DNA of 35,962 nt from a virus (taxonomy: Duplodnaviria > Caudoviricetes), in the IMG/VR virus record IMGVR_UViG_3300028586_000052, positions 1 through 35,962 of that record; one strand, 5' to 3'. Below the pieces are notes generated by a model. The model did not search any database, was not told the DNA's origin, and saw only the letters and a program-made list of their open reading frames with translations. The position numbers were made by a program, and so were the translations under genes. Below, one piece after another: positions 25,650 through 35,608 of the stretch (position 1 is its first letter; every line of letters begins with the position of its first letter).

Positions 25650-26861
25650 ATGGGCCAAGCCTCCGGCGTATTCAAGCAGGTCACCTACAAAGTGGAGACC
25701 ACCTACGGCGTCATGCCTGCCGCCGGCGCGGCGCAGGCCATGCGTCGCGTCACTTCGTCGCTGGACATGACGAAAGACACCTACCAGTCGGCGGAAATGC
25801 GCCCAGACTTTCAGATGGCCGACTTCCGGCATGGTCTGCGCAAGGTGGGCGGCACCATCAACGGCGAACTGTCTGCCAAGACCTATGCCGACTTCCTTGC
25901 CGCTGTCCTGAAGAAAGATTTCGCGGCCGGCGCGACCGTGACCGGTGCATCGTTCACCATCGCCGGCGCGGCCGGCGCCTGGACGATCACGCGCGCCGCG
26001 GGTTCCTGGCTGACCGATGGCGTCAAGGTCGGCGATGTCGTGCGCCTGACCGCTGGCGCATTCAATCCGGCGAACCTGGACAAGAACATCCAGGTGACCG
26101 CGTTGACCGCCACGGTCCTGACCGGCATTGTCCTGAACGCCTCCGCGCTGGTGGCCCAGGGGCCGATCACCGCCGCTACTCTGGCCGTCATCGGCAAGAA
26201 GGCATTCACCCCGCAGAGCGGCCACACCGACAAGTCGTTCGCCATTGAGCACTGGCATCCCGATGTGCCGGCGAGCGAAGTTTTCACCGGCTGCAAGGTC
26301 GCGAAGATGACCTTCACCCTGCCGGCCACCGGCATGGCTACCGTTGCCGTCGAGTTCGTAGGCAAGGACGTGACGCCGGGCGTGGCGCAGTACTTCGTGA
26401 CTCCGACGCCAGTGACCCTCACCGGCACCATGGCCGCGGTCAACGGCGTGGTCAAGGTCGGCAATGCCACCGGCGGCACGATCACCAGCGCGACGATCGA
26501 GATCACGGCGGCCCAGTCGAGCGAACCCGGTATCGGTTCGAACACCGCTGACCAGGCTGCCACCGGCCGCGTGCTCGTCACTGGCCAAGTCACCGCGAAG
26601 TTCGATTCGACGAGCCTGCGCGATGCGTTCTACAACGAGACCGAAACCAGCGCCTATCTGGCGTTCACCGCGGACAACGCGCCCGCATCGGACTTCATGG
26701 CTTTCAGCCTGAGCCGCCTGAAGCTGAACGGCGCGTCGAAAGACGATGGCGAGAAGATCCTGATCCAGACAATCCCGTTCCAGGCGCTGCTCGACATCAA
26801 CGGCGGCGCCGGCAAGGCCACCGAGATGACCACCCTCAGCGTGCAGGACAGCGCCGCTTAA
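25650..26861 (+). CDS. Major tail tube protein
   Basis: AAGGAA RBS, MGQASGVFKQ...ETTYG; position before the chaperones and TMP. Confidence 0.85.
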   Translation: MGQASGVFKQVTYKVETTYGVMPAAGAAQAMRRVTSSLDMTKDTYQSAEMRPDFQMADFRHGLRKVGGTINGELSAKTYADFLAAVLKKDFAAGATVTGASFTIAGAAGAWTITRAAGSWLTDGVKVGDVVRLTAGAFNPANLDKNIQVTALTATVLTGIVLNASALVAQGPITAATLAVIGKKAFTPQSGHTDKSFAIEHWHPDVPASEVFTGCKVAKMTFTLPATGMATVAVEFVGKDVTPGVAQYFVTPTPVTLTGTMAAVNGVVKVGNATGGTITSATIEITAAQSSEPGIGSNTADQAATGRVLVTGQVTAKFDSTSLRDAFYNETETSAYLAFTADNAPASDFMAFSLSRLKLNGASKDDGEKILIQTIPFQALLDINGGAGKATEMTTLSVQDSAA

Positions 26862-26968
26862 ACCCTTCGCCGCCACCGTGCGGCAATCCTGGCACCGACC
26901 AGCTGCCGTCGCCTTTCGCGGGCGCGGCAGCTGGCACGGGCATTTATTACTCCGCGAAAGAGAAAACC

Positions 26969-27418
26969 ATGGACGCCATTGCACAACCATCCGACCTGCT
27001 GAACAAACTCGTTGACTCGCTCGATATCGACGCCTTCGACGATATCCTCAGCGGCAAGCTGTTCCTCGTGAACCCGAAGACCAAGGAGCCGACCAGCACC
27101 TTCATCGAGCTGGCCAGCCCGGAGCACGGTGCCCGCAAGCGCATCGACCTGGCGCGCACGCGCAAGCTGCGCGCGGAATTCTCGGCGAACGGCAAGATCG
27201 CTTCGTCCGATCCGCTGGAAGACATCGAAGACGAGACCGACTACCTGGTCGCCGCGTGCCTGAGCTGGAATATGACCAAGGCCGGCCAGCCGCTCGAGTT
27301 CAACCCGGCGAACGTGCGCGCGCTGCTGACCGACCCGACCAAGCAGTGGCTGCGCGGCCAGGTGCGCGCCGGCATTCAGAAGACCGAGCTTTTTATCGCC
27401 GCCTCCGCGAAAGCCTGA
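26969..27418 (+). CDS. Tail assembly chaperone (G-like)
   Basis: Between tube and TMP; ACLSWN...LEF...WLRGQV. Confidence 0.8.
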   Translation: MDAIAQPSDLLNKLVDSLDIDAFDDILSGKLFLVNPKTKEPTSTFIELASPEHGARKRIDLARTRKLRAEFSANGKIASSDPLEDIEDETDYLVAACLSWNMTKAGQPLEFNPANVRALLTDPTKQWLRGQVRAGIQKTELFIAASAKA

Positions 27419-27753
27419 CGGACTGCGCGCGCGCCGAGTATGAGCTGTCGGCGCGCCAGGGTGACGGCGCTACGCTGCGCACCCACCTGCAGCGCGCCGC
27501 CAAGAATACCGGCGTGCCGGACCGGCGCCTGGACATCGACTGGCCGCGCACGGGGCGCGCGCTGTGGGATGCGTTCCGGCGTATCGGCCGATCCATGGGC
27601 CCTAACGGGCCCGGGCCGATCCTGCCGGAGAACATCCTGGCGTTCCAGCAGCTGCACGGCGTGCGGTTCTCAGCATGGGAGCTGGAAGTGATCGAGGCCT
27701 TCGACGAAGTCTCGCTGGATGCAATTCACAAGCAACAAAGCAATTCGGCCTGA
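27388..27753 (+). CDS. Tail assembly chaperone T part, via -1 frameshift
   Basis: Overlapping -1 frame ORF without a good start (FYRRLRESL...WELEVIEAFDE); CTTTTTA at 27389-27395. Confidence 0.7.
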   Translation, partial: AFYRRLRESLTDCARAEYELSARQGDGATLRTHLQRAAKNTGVPDRRLDIDWPRTGRALWDAFRRIGRSMGPNGPGPILPENILAFQQLHGVRFSAWELEVIEAFDEVSLDAIHKQQSNSA

Positions 27754-27824
27754 GCGCGAGCGCGCTCGGCTTCCACTCGAAACCCTGGGCCGCCGCGAGC
27801 GGCCCTTTCCTTTTGGAGCAGCTC

Positions 27825-30800
27825 ATGATCGTCGGCGACATGGAAATCCGGCTGCGCGCCGATATCGCGCGCCTGCAGCGCGATATGGATTCGGCGCGCC
27901 AAGTGGTTGGTAACGCGACTGCTGGCATGGAGCGCGCGGCGAACGCCGCCAAGGGTGCGATCGCTGGTATCGCCGCTGGCTTCGGTTTCCAGCAGTTCGC
28001 CAGCATGGTCGATGAGTACCAGAAATTCACTGCACAGCTAAGGCTAGCGACACAGTCGCAGCGCGAGTATGCAACTGCCTATGCCGAGGTGAAGCGGATC
28101 TCGACGCAGTCCACCCAAGGATTGCAGGAAACCGGCGTGCTTTATGCCCGTATCGCAAACGGCACGCGTGAGCTCGGTGTCGCTCAGCGGCAGGTAGCGG
28201 CGATCACCGAGACGGTGAACCTGGCGCTGCTGGTTTCCGGCGCCACTGCTTCGGAATCAGCATCAGCCCAATTGCAGCTCTCTCAGGCATTCGCAGCTGG
28301 CGCGCTTCGTGGAGAGGAATTCAATGCCGTGAACGAAGCGGCTCCACGTCTGATGCAGGCACTTGCCGATGGCATCGGTGTACCCGTTGGCGCGTTGAAG
28401 AAGATGGCCGAGGAAGGGAAAATCACTACCGACGTCATGACTCGGGCGCTGGGTGACGAAAAGCTGATTGCCGTTCTACGTGAGCAGGGTAAGGAAATTC
28501 AAACCATCGGCGGGGCATTTACTGTCCTGAAAAACAATGTGATGGAATTCGTTGGCATCCAGGCCAATGCCAGCGGTGCTGTTTCCGGGGTTGTATCCGC
28601 AATTGGGCTGCTATCAAATAATCTGGGGCTGCTCGCTGGTGTCATTACTACTTTAGCCGCATCTAAGCTGACCACCATGTTCGCTGGCTGGGGCGTGGAG
28701 ACGTACAAGCAGGTCGTGGCTAATGCTGCACTCCGCACGTCGACGCTGGCCGGCGCAGTGGCATCGACTGAAGCTGCCGCTACTATCTCTGCAGCGAAGT
28801 TGGCAGAGGCTCAAGCCAATGTGCAAGCCGCCGCTACGGCCGCTAACCTAGCTAATGCGCGGGTAGCGGAACTGCGGTCGGCTGTCTTGGCAGCAGAGGG
28901 AGCCGTAGCATTGGCGGTGGCGACCAATGGCCTGATTCCGGCGCAGACACGCGCGATTGCGCTGAGTGAAGCGCACAGCATCGCTCTTGCCCAGCAGGCA
29001 GTCGCGGGAAACGCTGCAACTGTCGCGGCAGGTGCAGCCGGAGCCGCTCTAACTGCCCAAGCGGCTGCTACCGGCGTCGCCGCGCGAGCTATGGGCGTCC
29101 TGCGCGGCGCCATGATGTTCATGGGCGGCCCAATCGGCGCCATTGTGACGCTGCTGGGGCTAGGGGCAACAGCGTGGATGGTTTGGGGAAATTCGGCAAA
29201 GGAGGCAAACGATAAAACAGCCCAGTCGGTCGAGGAAACCCACGAAGAGGTTATTAGCCGTATTCAGAAGCAGATCGACAAACTGAACGAACGGGCTGCT
29301 CTCGCCAAAGCGCAACCGAACCTCAAGGTCGAAAACGCGGCAGACTTGGATCGCCTCGCAAAGCTGTGGACCGAATACAACGATGCGAAAAATGGCACTG
29401 GCAAATTTGCAAACGCAACTGCTGAGTATCGAGGAGTTTTTGAGCGCATTGCATTGCGGGAGCATGCCGAGCTTCTGAAAAATCTGACTGGCCTGCAAGC
29501 TGCTCAGACCACCGTTGCCCAAAAAGGCGTCGACGCCCGCGTGGCTGCATTTATGAAGGAGAATGCCTCCAAAAAAGAGCAGATGGCGGCTGAACTTAAA
29601 GCTATCGAAGACCTTAAAGGCAAAACCGGCGAATACGAAGAGATGGTCCGTCGCATTCGCGCGAAGTACGCCGAGAAAGGGAATGAACAAGCGATCAAGC
29701 AAGAAGCTACCGCCTATCAGAACCTGGTTACGTCGATCGGCGAGAAAGCCGCAGCTAACGAGCTCGAGCTGAACGGATATGCCAAGCTATCCGATTCGCA
29801 GAAGATGTCGATCAAGCTGGACGAGGCGATCGCATCAGGCAAGAACAAGCTCACGCCGGCGCACGTCGCGGAAACGCGCGCGCTGATCGCCAAGGTGGCC
29901 GCCCAGGAAAGTGCTATCGAAGAGGGCGCTTTCTACCTGCAGCAGGCAGAGCAACAGGCCCAGCTGTCGGCTGCTGCAATCAAGGCCGCCGATGACGAGG
30001 CTGATCGCAACGAAGAACTGGCGCGCACCTTCGGCATGTCCAAGGTCGCCATCGAGCAGATTACACTGGCGCGCCTGGAAGAAAAGCTGGCCCAGGCAGA
30101 CACGTCCAAGGGCTACACGCGCGAGATCGCAGAGCTAGAGGCGGTCATCGATGCGAAGAAGCGCAGCGTCGCTGCTCTCGGCGAGCTGGAAGGCATGGAG
30201 GCGCTGCAGAAGGCGACGGAAAAAGCCCGCGCCGACCAGGTCCAACTGTGGGAATCGATTGAGAAGACCGCGCACGACACGTTCATCAGCATCTTCGATA
30301 GCGGCAAGTCGGCATTCGACCGCCTCAAGGACGCGCTGAAGAATGGCCTGTATGAGCTGCTCTACCAGATGACCGTGAAGAAATGGATCATCAATATCAG
30401 CGGTCAGATGAGCGGGATGGGCGGCCTTGCCCAAGCAGGCAGCGCGCTGGGAGGCGAGGGCGGCAGCAGCGCCGGCAGCATCTTCAGCAGTGCGTCGAGC
30501 CTGGTCAACATGGGCAAGACCATCTACTCGGGCTTCACCGGCGGGATCTCGGGCACCCTGGGCGGCTGGGCCACGTCGGCCGGCTCGATGTTCGGTTCGT
30601 CGGCAGTGTCTTCGTTCGGCGCCGGCCTGTCGGCCGCCGGGGGCAACACCGGCATGGCTGCGATGTACGCCTCTGCACAGACCTCCGGGAACCTGGCGGC
30701 CGGTGCGTCTGCCGGCATGAGCGCGGGGACCTATGCCATTCCGATCGCCGGCTGGATCGCGGCCGGCATGGCTCTGTCGAACAACCTGTACAAGCAGGGC

Positions 30801-33158
30801 TGGGATGCCAACAATGGCACCGTGAACTCGCTTGGCAAGGTGGTGAACGCACCGATGTTCTTAGCCAACAATATCCTCAAGGGCATCGGCCTGAGCGATT
30901 CGGCGGCCAACATCTTTGCCGGCATGGGGCCGATCTCCAAGCTGTTCGGGCGCAAGAATCCCGAAATCGAGGAGGGCGGCGTGCGCGGCTCGGTTACCGC
31001 GAGCGGCTTTAGCGGCGAGAACTACGCGAACATTCTGGAGAAGGGTGGCTGGTTCCGCAGCGACAAGCGGTACACCCAGACCAACGCCCTTAGCGCCGAC
31101 CAGCAAAGCGGGTTTTCCGACAGCACGAAAGCGCTGATGGACGCGGCGCGCGGGTTCGCTTCTACACTCGGTGTCGAGGCGAACATCATCGACGGCTACA
31201 ACAAGCAGATCACGCTGCAGCTCGGCGCCGACGAGGAGAAGAACAAGGAAGCGATCGCCAAGTTGTTCGGCGAGATTGGCGACGACCTGTCGCTGCTGAT
31301 CCTGCCGTCGGTTGCATCGTTCTCCACTGCCGGCGAGAGCGTGAGCACGACCCTGCAGCGCCTGGTGTCGGATTACGCAACCATCGACGAGGCGTTCACC
31401 GCCATCGGCACCACATTCGGCGCTGTCGGCGTGTCGTCGCTGGGCGCGCGCGAGCAGTTCCTGGCGGCGGCCGGCGGCGTCGAAGCGTTCGCCACCAGCA
31501 CCGCGTTCTTCCATCAGAACTTCCTCTCCGAAGCGGAGCGGAATGCGCCGGTGATGAAAGCGGTCACCGAGCAAATGGCGGCGCTCGGCCTGGCCAGCGT
31601 GGACACACGCGCGGAATTCAAGGACGCGGTGCTCGACCTGGTCAACAGCGGCGCGCTGACCACCGAGGAGGGGGCCAAGCGATATGCGGCGCTGATGAAG
31701 GTGCAGGATGGATTCGCCCAGGTCTACCCGGAAATCGACAGAACGGTGGCAGCACTGGATACGGCGACAGCGATGCTCGAGTTACAGGCTCAGATTTATG
31801 AGCTGACGGGTGACAAGGCCGGCGCCGCCGCGGTGTTGGCGCAGCAGCATGCGGCAGCATTGGCCGCGCTGGATCCAGCCCTGCGTGGCGCAACCCAGCA
31901 GTTGTGGGATCTACAGGCTGCTGCCAAGTCGACTGAGCAGGTGAAGGCGAGTGCCTCGGCGTTGCTCGGCGGGGTGGATGGGGCATTCTCCGCACTCCAG
32001 AAAGTGGTCGAGCGTGAGAAGACGGCAGTGCAGTCGAGCGTCGATGCGCACACGGCTTCGGTGACGAAGTTGCAGTCGCTGTCGCAAGCGCTGCGCAGCA
32101 CGCTCGACGGGATGCAGTCGCCAGAGCAGAAGCTGGGCGCGCGCGCGGAAGGCCAAGCGCAGTTGCGCGCGGCACTGGCGATCGCGCAGGCCGGCGGCCC
32201 GCTGCCGGGCGCTGACTCGTTAAAAAATGCGCTTGCCGCTGTTCAGCAGGATGCATCGAACCAATTCAGCTTGTACACCGACTACCTGCGCGACGTGTAC
32301 AAAACGCAGAACGACATCGGTGCTCTGGCCGGCATCACTGACATCCAGCTGTCGGTCGACGAGAAGGCGCTGAAGGCTGCGCAGGACCAGCTAGAAGCAC
32401 TTGACGCGGTGTTGAAAAATGCCCAGGCGCTGATCGACGAGACGAAAGGCCAGTCGACCACGCTCATCTCGATCGAGCAGGCCATCCAGGCGCTGTATGG
32501 TGCTGTCGCCGCGGCGAACGCCAATCCGGTGGTGTCTGCTGGGACGGCGATCAACAACGCCTACCAGCAGTACTTGGGTCGCGCGCCCGACGCCGAGGGC
32601 TTCGAGTGGTGGAAGAACGCAGCCGCCGGCGGCGCGCCGATCGGGCAGATTGTCGGAGGCATCGCCAACTCGACCGAAGCCGACCTCAACCGCCTCTACA
32701 AGGAGGTGTTGGGACGGGCGCCGGACGCCGAAGGACTCGCATTCTGGAAGAGTGCCTACGGATCGACCATGAGCGAGGCGGAGAAGGCGGACTGGCTGAA
32801 GGCTGCACAGGAAGACGCGGCCGTCAAGGTCCCGGGCTTCGCCAACGGTGGCGACTTCGCCGGCGGTGTTCGCGCGGTTGGCGAGGTTGGTGTCGAAATT
32901 GAGGCCACCGGCCCGGCGCGCATCCACAGCACGCAGTCGCTGATGGACGCTCTGCGTAATCCGCCACGCGATAGCGACGCACTGGCTGCCGCAGTCGACC
33001 GGTTGTCTATGACGGTCGAGAGGCAGAACGTAGTGATCGCCCAGCAGGGCGCCGCGCTGGACCAGATACAGCGGAATACGCGGCGTCAGGCTGACACCTT
33101 GGATGTAGTTACGGAAGGAGGAAAAGGTATGCGCAACCAGGAGGCGACTGCCCAATGA
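27825..33158 (+). CDS. Tape measure protein (~1777 aa)
   Basis: GGAG RBS, MIVGDMEIRLRAD; QLSQAFAAGALRGEEFNAVNE tape-measure motif; FANGG...VGEVGVE near the C-terminus. Confidence 0.95.
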   Translation: MIVGDMEIRLRADIARLQRDMDSARQVVGNATAGMERAANAAKGAIAGIAAGFGFQQFASMVDEYQKFTAQLRLATQSQREYATAYAEVKRISTQSTQGLQETGVLYARIANGTRELGVAQRQVAAITETVNLALLVSGATASESASAQLQLSQAFAAGALRGEEFNAVNEAAPRLMQALADGIGVPVGALKKMAEEGKITTDVMTRALGDEKLIAVLREQGKEIQTIGGAFTVLKNNVMEFVGIQANASGAVSGVVSAIGLLSNNLGLLAGVITTLAASKLTTMFAGWGVETYKQVVANAALRTSTLAGAVASTEAAATISAAKLAEAQANVQAAATAANLANARVAELRSAVLAAEGAVALAVATNGLIPAQTRAIALSEAHSIALAQQAVAGNAATVAAGAAGAALTAQAAATGVAARAMGVLRGAMMFMGGPIGAIVTLLGLGATAWMVWGNSAKEANDKTAQSVEETHEEVISRIQKQIDKLNERAALAKAQPNLKVENAADLDRLAKLWTEYNDAKNGTGKFANATAEYRGVFERIALREHAELLKNLTGLQAAQTTVAQKGVDARVAAFMKENASKKEQMAAELKAIEDLKGKTGEYEEMVRRIRAKYAEKGNEQAIKQEATAYQNLVTSIGEKAAANELELNGYAKLSDSQKMSIKLDEAIASGKNKLTPAHVAETRALIAKVAAQESAIEEGAFYLQQAEQQAQLSAAAIKAADDEADRNEELARTFGMSKVAIEQITLARLEEKLAQADTSKGYTREIAELEAVIDAKKRSVAALGELEGMEALQKATEKARADQVQLWESIEKTAHDTFISIFDSGKSAFDRLKDALKNGLYELLYQMTVKKWIINISGQMSGMGGLAQAGSALGGEGGSSAGSIFSSASSLVNMGKTIYSGFTGGISGTLGGWATSAGSMFGSSAVSSFGAGLSAAGGNTGMAAMYASAQTSGNLAAGASAGMSAGTYAIPIAGWIAAGMALSNNLYKQGWDANNGTVNSLGKVVNAPMFLANNILKGIGLSDSAANIFAGMGPISKLFGRKNPEIEEGGVRGSVTASGFSGENYANILEKGGWFRSDKRYTQTNALSADQQSGFSDSTKALMDAARGFASTLGVEANIIDGYNKQITLQLGADEEKNKEAIAKLFGEIGDDLSLLILPSVASFSTAGESVSTTLQRLVSDYATIDEAFTAIGTTFGAVGVSSLGAREQFLAAAGGVEAFATSTAFFHQNFLSEAERNAPVMKAVTEQMAALGLASVDTRAEFKDAVLDLVNSGALTTEEGAKRYAALMKVQDGFAQVYPEIDRTVAALDTATAMLELQAQIYELTGDKAGAAAVLAQQHAAALAALDPALRGATQQLWDLQAAAKSTEQVKASASALLGGVDGAFSALQKVVEREKTAVQSSVDAHTASVTKLQSLSQALRSTLDGMQSPEQKLGARAEGQAQLRAALAIAQAGGPLPGADSLKNALAAVQQDASNQFSLYTDYLRDVYKTQNDIGALAGITDIQLSVDEKALKAAQDQLEALDAVLKNAQALIDETKGQSTTLISIEQAIQALYGAVAAANANPVVSAGTAINNAYQQYLGRAPDAEGFEWWKNAAAGGAPIGQIVGGIANSTEADLNRLYKEVLGRAPDAEGLAFWKSAYGSTMSEAEKADWLKAAQEDAAVKVPGFANGGDFAGGVRAVGEVGVEIEATGPARIHSTQSLMDALRNPPRDSDALAAAVDRLSMTVERQNVVIAQQGAALDQIQRNTRRQADTLDVVTEGGKGMRNQEATAQ

Positions 33159-34198
33159 GTTCAGCAGACTTCAAGCTGATCAAGCCGATCACGGTTACCG
33201 ACGCCAAGCTGGTCAGCAGCAGCGTGCCAGAGGCGACGGTGGCCGAGTATGCAGCGGCTACGACCTACGCCGTCAGCGACACTCGGGGCGTCACGTCGGG
33301 TACCGCTCAGGACGTCTACCAGTCGCTACAGGCGGGGAATGTCGGTCGCACACCGGCTTCGTCCCCGACCTGGTGGAGGTTGCTGGGCCGGGTGTACGCC
33401 GCATACGTCAGCAGTGCGACATATGCGGTGGATGCAGTAGTCACGGACCTGGCCAACCATCAGCTTTACCAGTCGCTCATCGCCAACAACACCGGTAAGG
33501 CACTGTCTGACAAGCTTTCCTGGCTCCCGCTGGGCGCCACAAATCGATGGAAGATGTTCGATCGAGTGGTGAACAGCCAGACCACGGCGCCGAACTCAGT
33601 CTCCACGGTGATCGCTCCAGGCGAGGTAGTAAATTCGCTCACGATATTAAACGCTGCGGGCGCATCGGTGACTGTGATCCAGTCGGACAGCGGTTACACG
33701 CGCACCAGGTCACTGGTGACGCACAACGTATTGAGCTGGTACGACTTCTGGTATCAGGAGCCCCTGTGGGTCGGGGACACCGTGTTTGATGATATCCCGC
33801 CCTACATCAATTCGACAATCACCGTCCGCGTCGACAGCCCGGGCAACCAGGCCGCGATTGGCGGCTGGTTCCTCGGCAAGGCGAAGTTCATCGGCAAAAC
33901 ACAGTGGGAACTGGTGGCCGGCATTCTCAGCTATTCGACATCGGAAACCGATAAGTTCGGCAACACCACGCTGATGAAGCGCGAGAACGCCAAGAAGATG
34001 AATTTCGAGGTCGCTATCCCGCGCGGCTACGAGGACGAGGTCTATCGCTTTCTGCGATCGGTGGACAACACCGAAATGGTGGCGATCGCGTCGACGTACT
34101 GGGCAATGACGGTTTCATATGGTTATCTCGGCCAGTGGGAGGTGCCGCTGTCGATTGCTGGAAAAAAAATGCCCGTCGAATGGCGCGGACTCACTTGA
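33155..34198 (+). CDS. Tail tip/minor tail protein with two carbohydrate-binding-like repeats
   Basis: Twice Y..ATYAV.D...YQSL..N.G...W; GATNRWKMFD; TDKFGNTTL. Confidence 0.75.
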   Translation: MSSADFKLIKPITVTDAKLVSSSVPEATVAEYAAATTYAVSDTRGVTSGTAQDVYQSLQAGNVGRTPASSPTWWRLLGRVYAAYVSSATYAVDAVVTDLANHQLYQSLIANNTGKALSDKLSWLPLGATNRWKMFDRVVNSQTTAPNSVSTVIAPGEVVNSLTILNAAGASVTVIQSDSGYTRTRSLVTHNVLSWYDFWYQEPLWVGDTVFDDIPPYINSTITVRVDSPGNQAAIGGWFLGKAKFIGKTQWELVAGILSYSTSETDKFGNTTLMKRENAKKMNFEVAIPRGYEDEVYRFLRSVDNTEMVAIASTYWAMTVSYGYLGQWEVPLSIAGKKMPVEWRGLT

Positions 34199-34210
34199 AA
34201 GGAAATTTGC

Positions 34211-35194
34211 ATGGCGATCGATGAACTTCCAGACGCACCAGATCCTGCGGTCGATCCACCTCAGGTATTCAGCCAAAAGGCTGCAGCGATGGTGCTGGCG
34301 CAAAAGGCGATGATCCTGCAGATCAATAACACCTTGGCCAGCATGAACCAGCTCCAGGCCGGTGGTGCATACGCGCTGCCGTATATCTTCGACACTGCAA
34401 CTGCCGATGCTGATCCTGGCGCCGGCAAGCTGCGCCTGTCGAGTGCGACACAGAGCTCCTCGACGGCAGTGCGGCTCGACCTTACCGCCGGCGGCCAGGA
34501 TTACACCACGCTGCTCGACACCTTCGACTCTTCGACCAGCGCGATCAAGGGCTCGATTCGCCTGGTCAAGCAGGGCGACATGAGCAAGTGGATGACGTTC
34601 GATATCACCGCGCGCGGAGCGCCAACGGGCTACCGCAACCTAACAGTTGTGTGCACCGACAGCAGCTCGGCCAGCCCGTTTGCCAAAGATGACCAGGTAA
34701 TACTGTTCTTTCAGCGCACGGGAGACCGTGGCGAGATCGGGGCAAGAAGTGTGGATCCGCTCGGCATGGTAACGGTTACCACGCCGCTTGTAGCAATCGA
34801 TTTTCTCAATATATTCAGTTCAAATTACGATAAATATTCCATCGAATTGAATGGGATAGCGAAGACGGGGGCTCAGTCGGCAACGATGCACTTGGTGACA
34901 TCAGCAGGTGCAGTTACCTCAGGATATACCGGTGGATTACTTACAGGTGCTGGCGGCGTTGCTCCAGGACTCCTGCTTCCGGCGGCGTTGAACTTTACCG
35001 GAACGGTAGAAATCCGTAACGCCAATGGAGCCTTGAAGTCGCTCGAATTCCGTGGATTCGGCGACCAGCAGCTCGCATATGGGGCGGGCATTTCAATGCC
35101 AGAAGCTGCACGAGGAATTCGAATCGTACCCAATGGTTCGAACAACACCTTTACCGCGGGCAGTATCCGCATTTTCGGTCATAGGAAAGATTAA
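34211..35194 (+). CDS. Tail fibre / receptor-binding protein
   Basis: PDAPDPAVDP N-terminus, ADADPGAGKLRL, TGDRGEIG linker, C-terminal FSSNYDKY...AGSIRIFG domain. Confidence 0.75.
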   Translation: MAIDELPDAPDPAVDPPQVFSQKAAAMVLAQKAMILQINNTLASMNQLQAGGAYALPYIFDTATADADPGAGKLRLSSATQSSSTAVRLDLTAGGQDYTTLLDTFDSSTSAIKGSIRLVKQGDMSKWMTFDITARGAPTGYRNLTVVCTDSSSASPFAKDDQVILFFQRTGDRGEIGARSVDPLGMVTVTTPLVAIDFLNIFSSNYDKYSIELNGIAKTGAQSATMHLVTSAGAVTSGYTGGLLTGAGGVAPGLLLPAALNFTGTVEIRNANGALKSLEFRGFGDQQLAYGAGISMPEAARGIRIVPNGSNNTFTAGSIRIFGHRKD

Positions 35195-35587
35195 ATGGCA
35201 AGCCAAATAATGGTAGACGGCGTCGTGCGCGACGCCACCCACGAGGAACTTGCGGAAATCGAGGCAAGTGGGAATGTGCCAGTCCCGCCGCAGCCGCGCC
35301 ACATGACGGTTCTCGCATTCCGCAACCGCTTCACGAAATTGGAGAAGGTGCGTATCGAATTGGCGGCGATCGACGACCCGACCGCCGGCGCAGCAGGTCG
35401 TGCGCTCGCCGCAACTGTGCGAGTCGGACAGGCCGACCTGGCCGCCGCCATGTACGTCGATGTCGAACGCGACGATACCCGCGAGGACGTCCAGGCCTTC
35501 GAGGCAATGGGCCTGCTCGACGCGCCCGGCCGCGCGCTGGCGATCCTCGACGATCCAATCCAGGCGCACGAGCGCTATCCCGGCTGA
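35195..35587 (+). CDS. Tail fibre-associated (assembly-like) protein
   Basis: RDATHEELAE; MTVLAFRNRFTKLE...YVDVE...GLLD..GRALAIL. Confidence 0.65.
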   Translation: MASQIMVDGVVRDATHEELAEIEASGNVPVPPQPRHMTVLAFRNRFTKLEKVRIELAAIDDPTAGAAGRALAATVRVGQADLAAAMYVDVERDDTREDVQAFEAMGLLDAPGRALAILDDPIQAHERYPG

Positions 35588-35608
35588 TCACCCTCGAAAG
35601 GATTGATC

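Noticed and set aside
34211-35587. Diversity-generating retroelement or invertible tail-fibre cassette
   Set aside because: No reverse transcriptase, TR/VR pair, invertase or duplicated fibre ends in the window.
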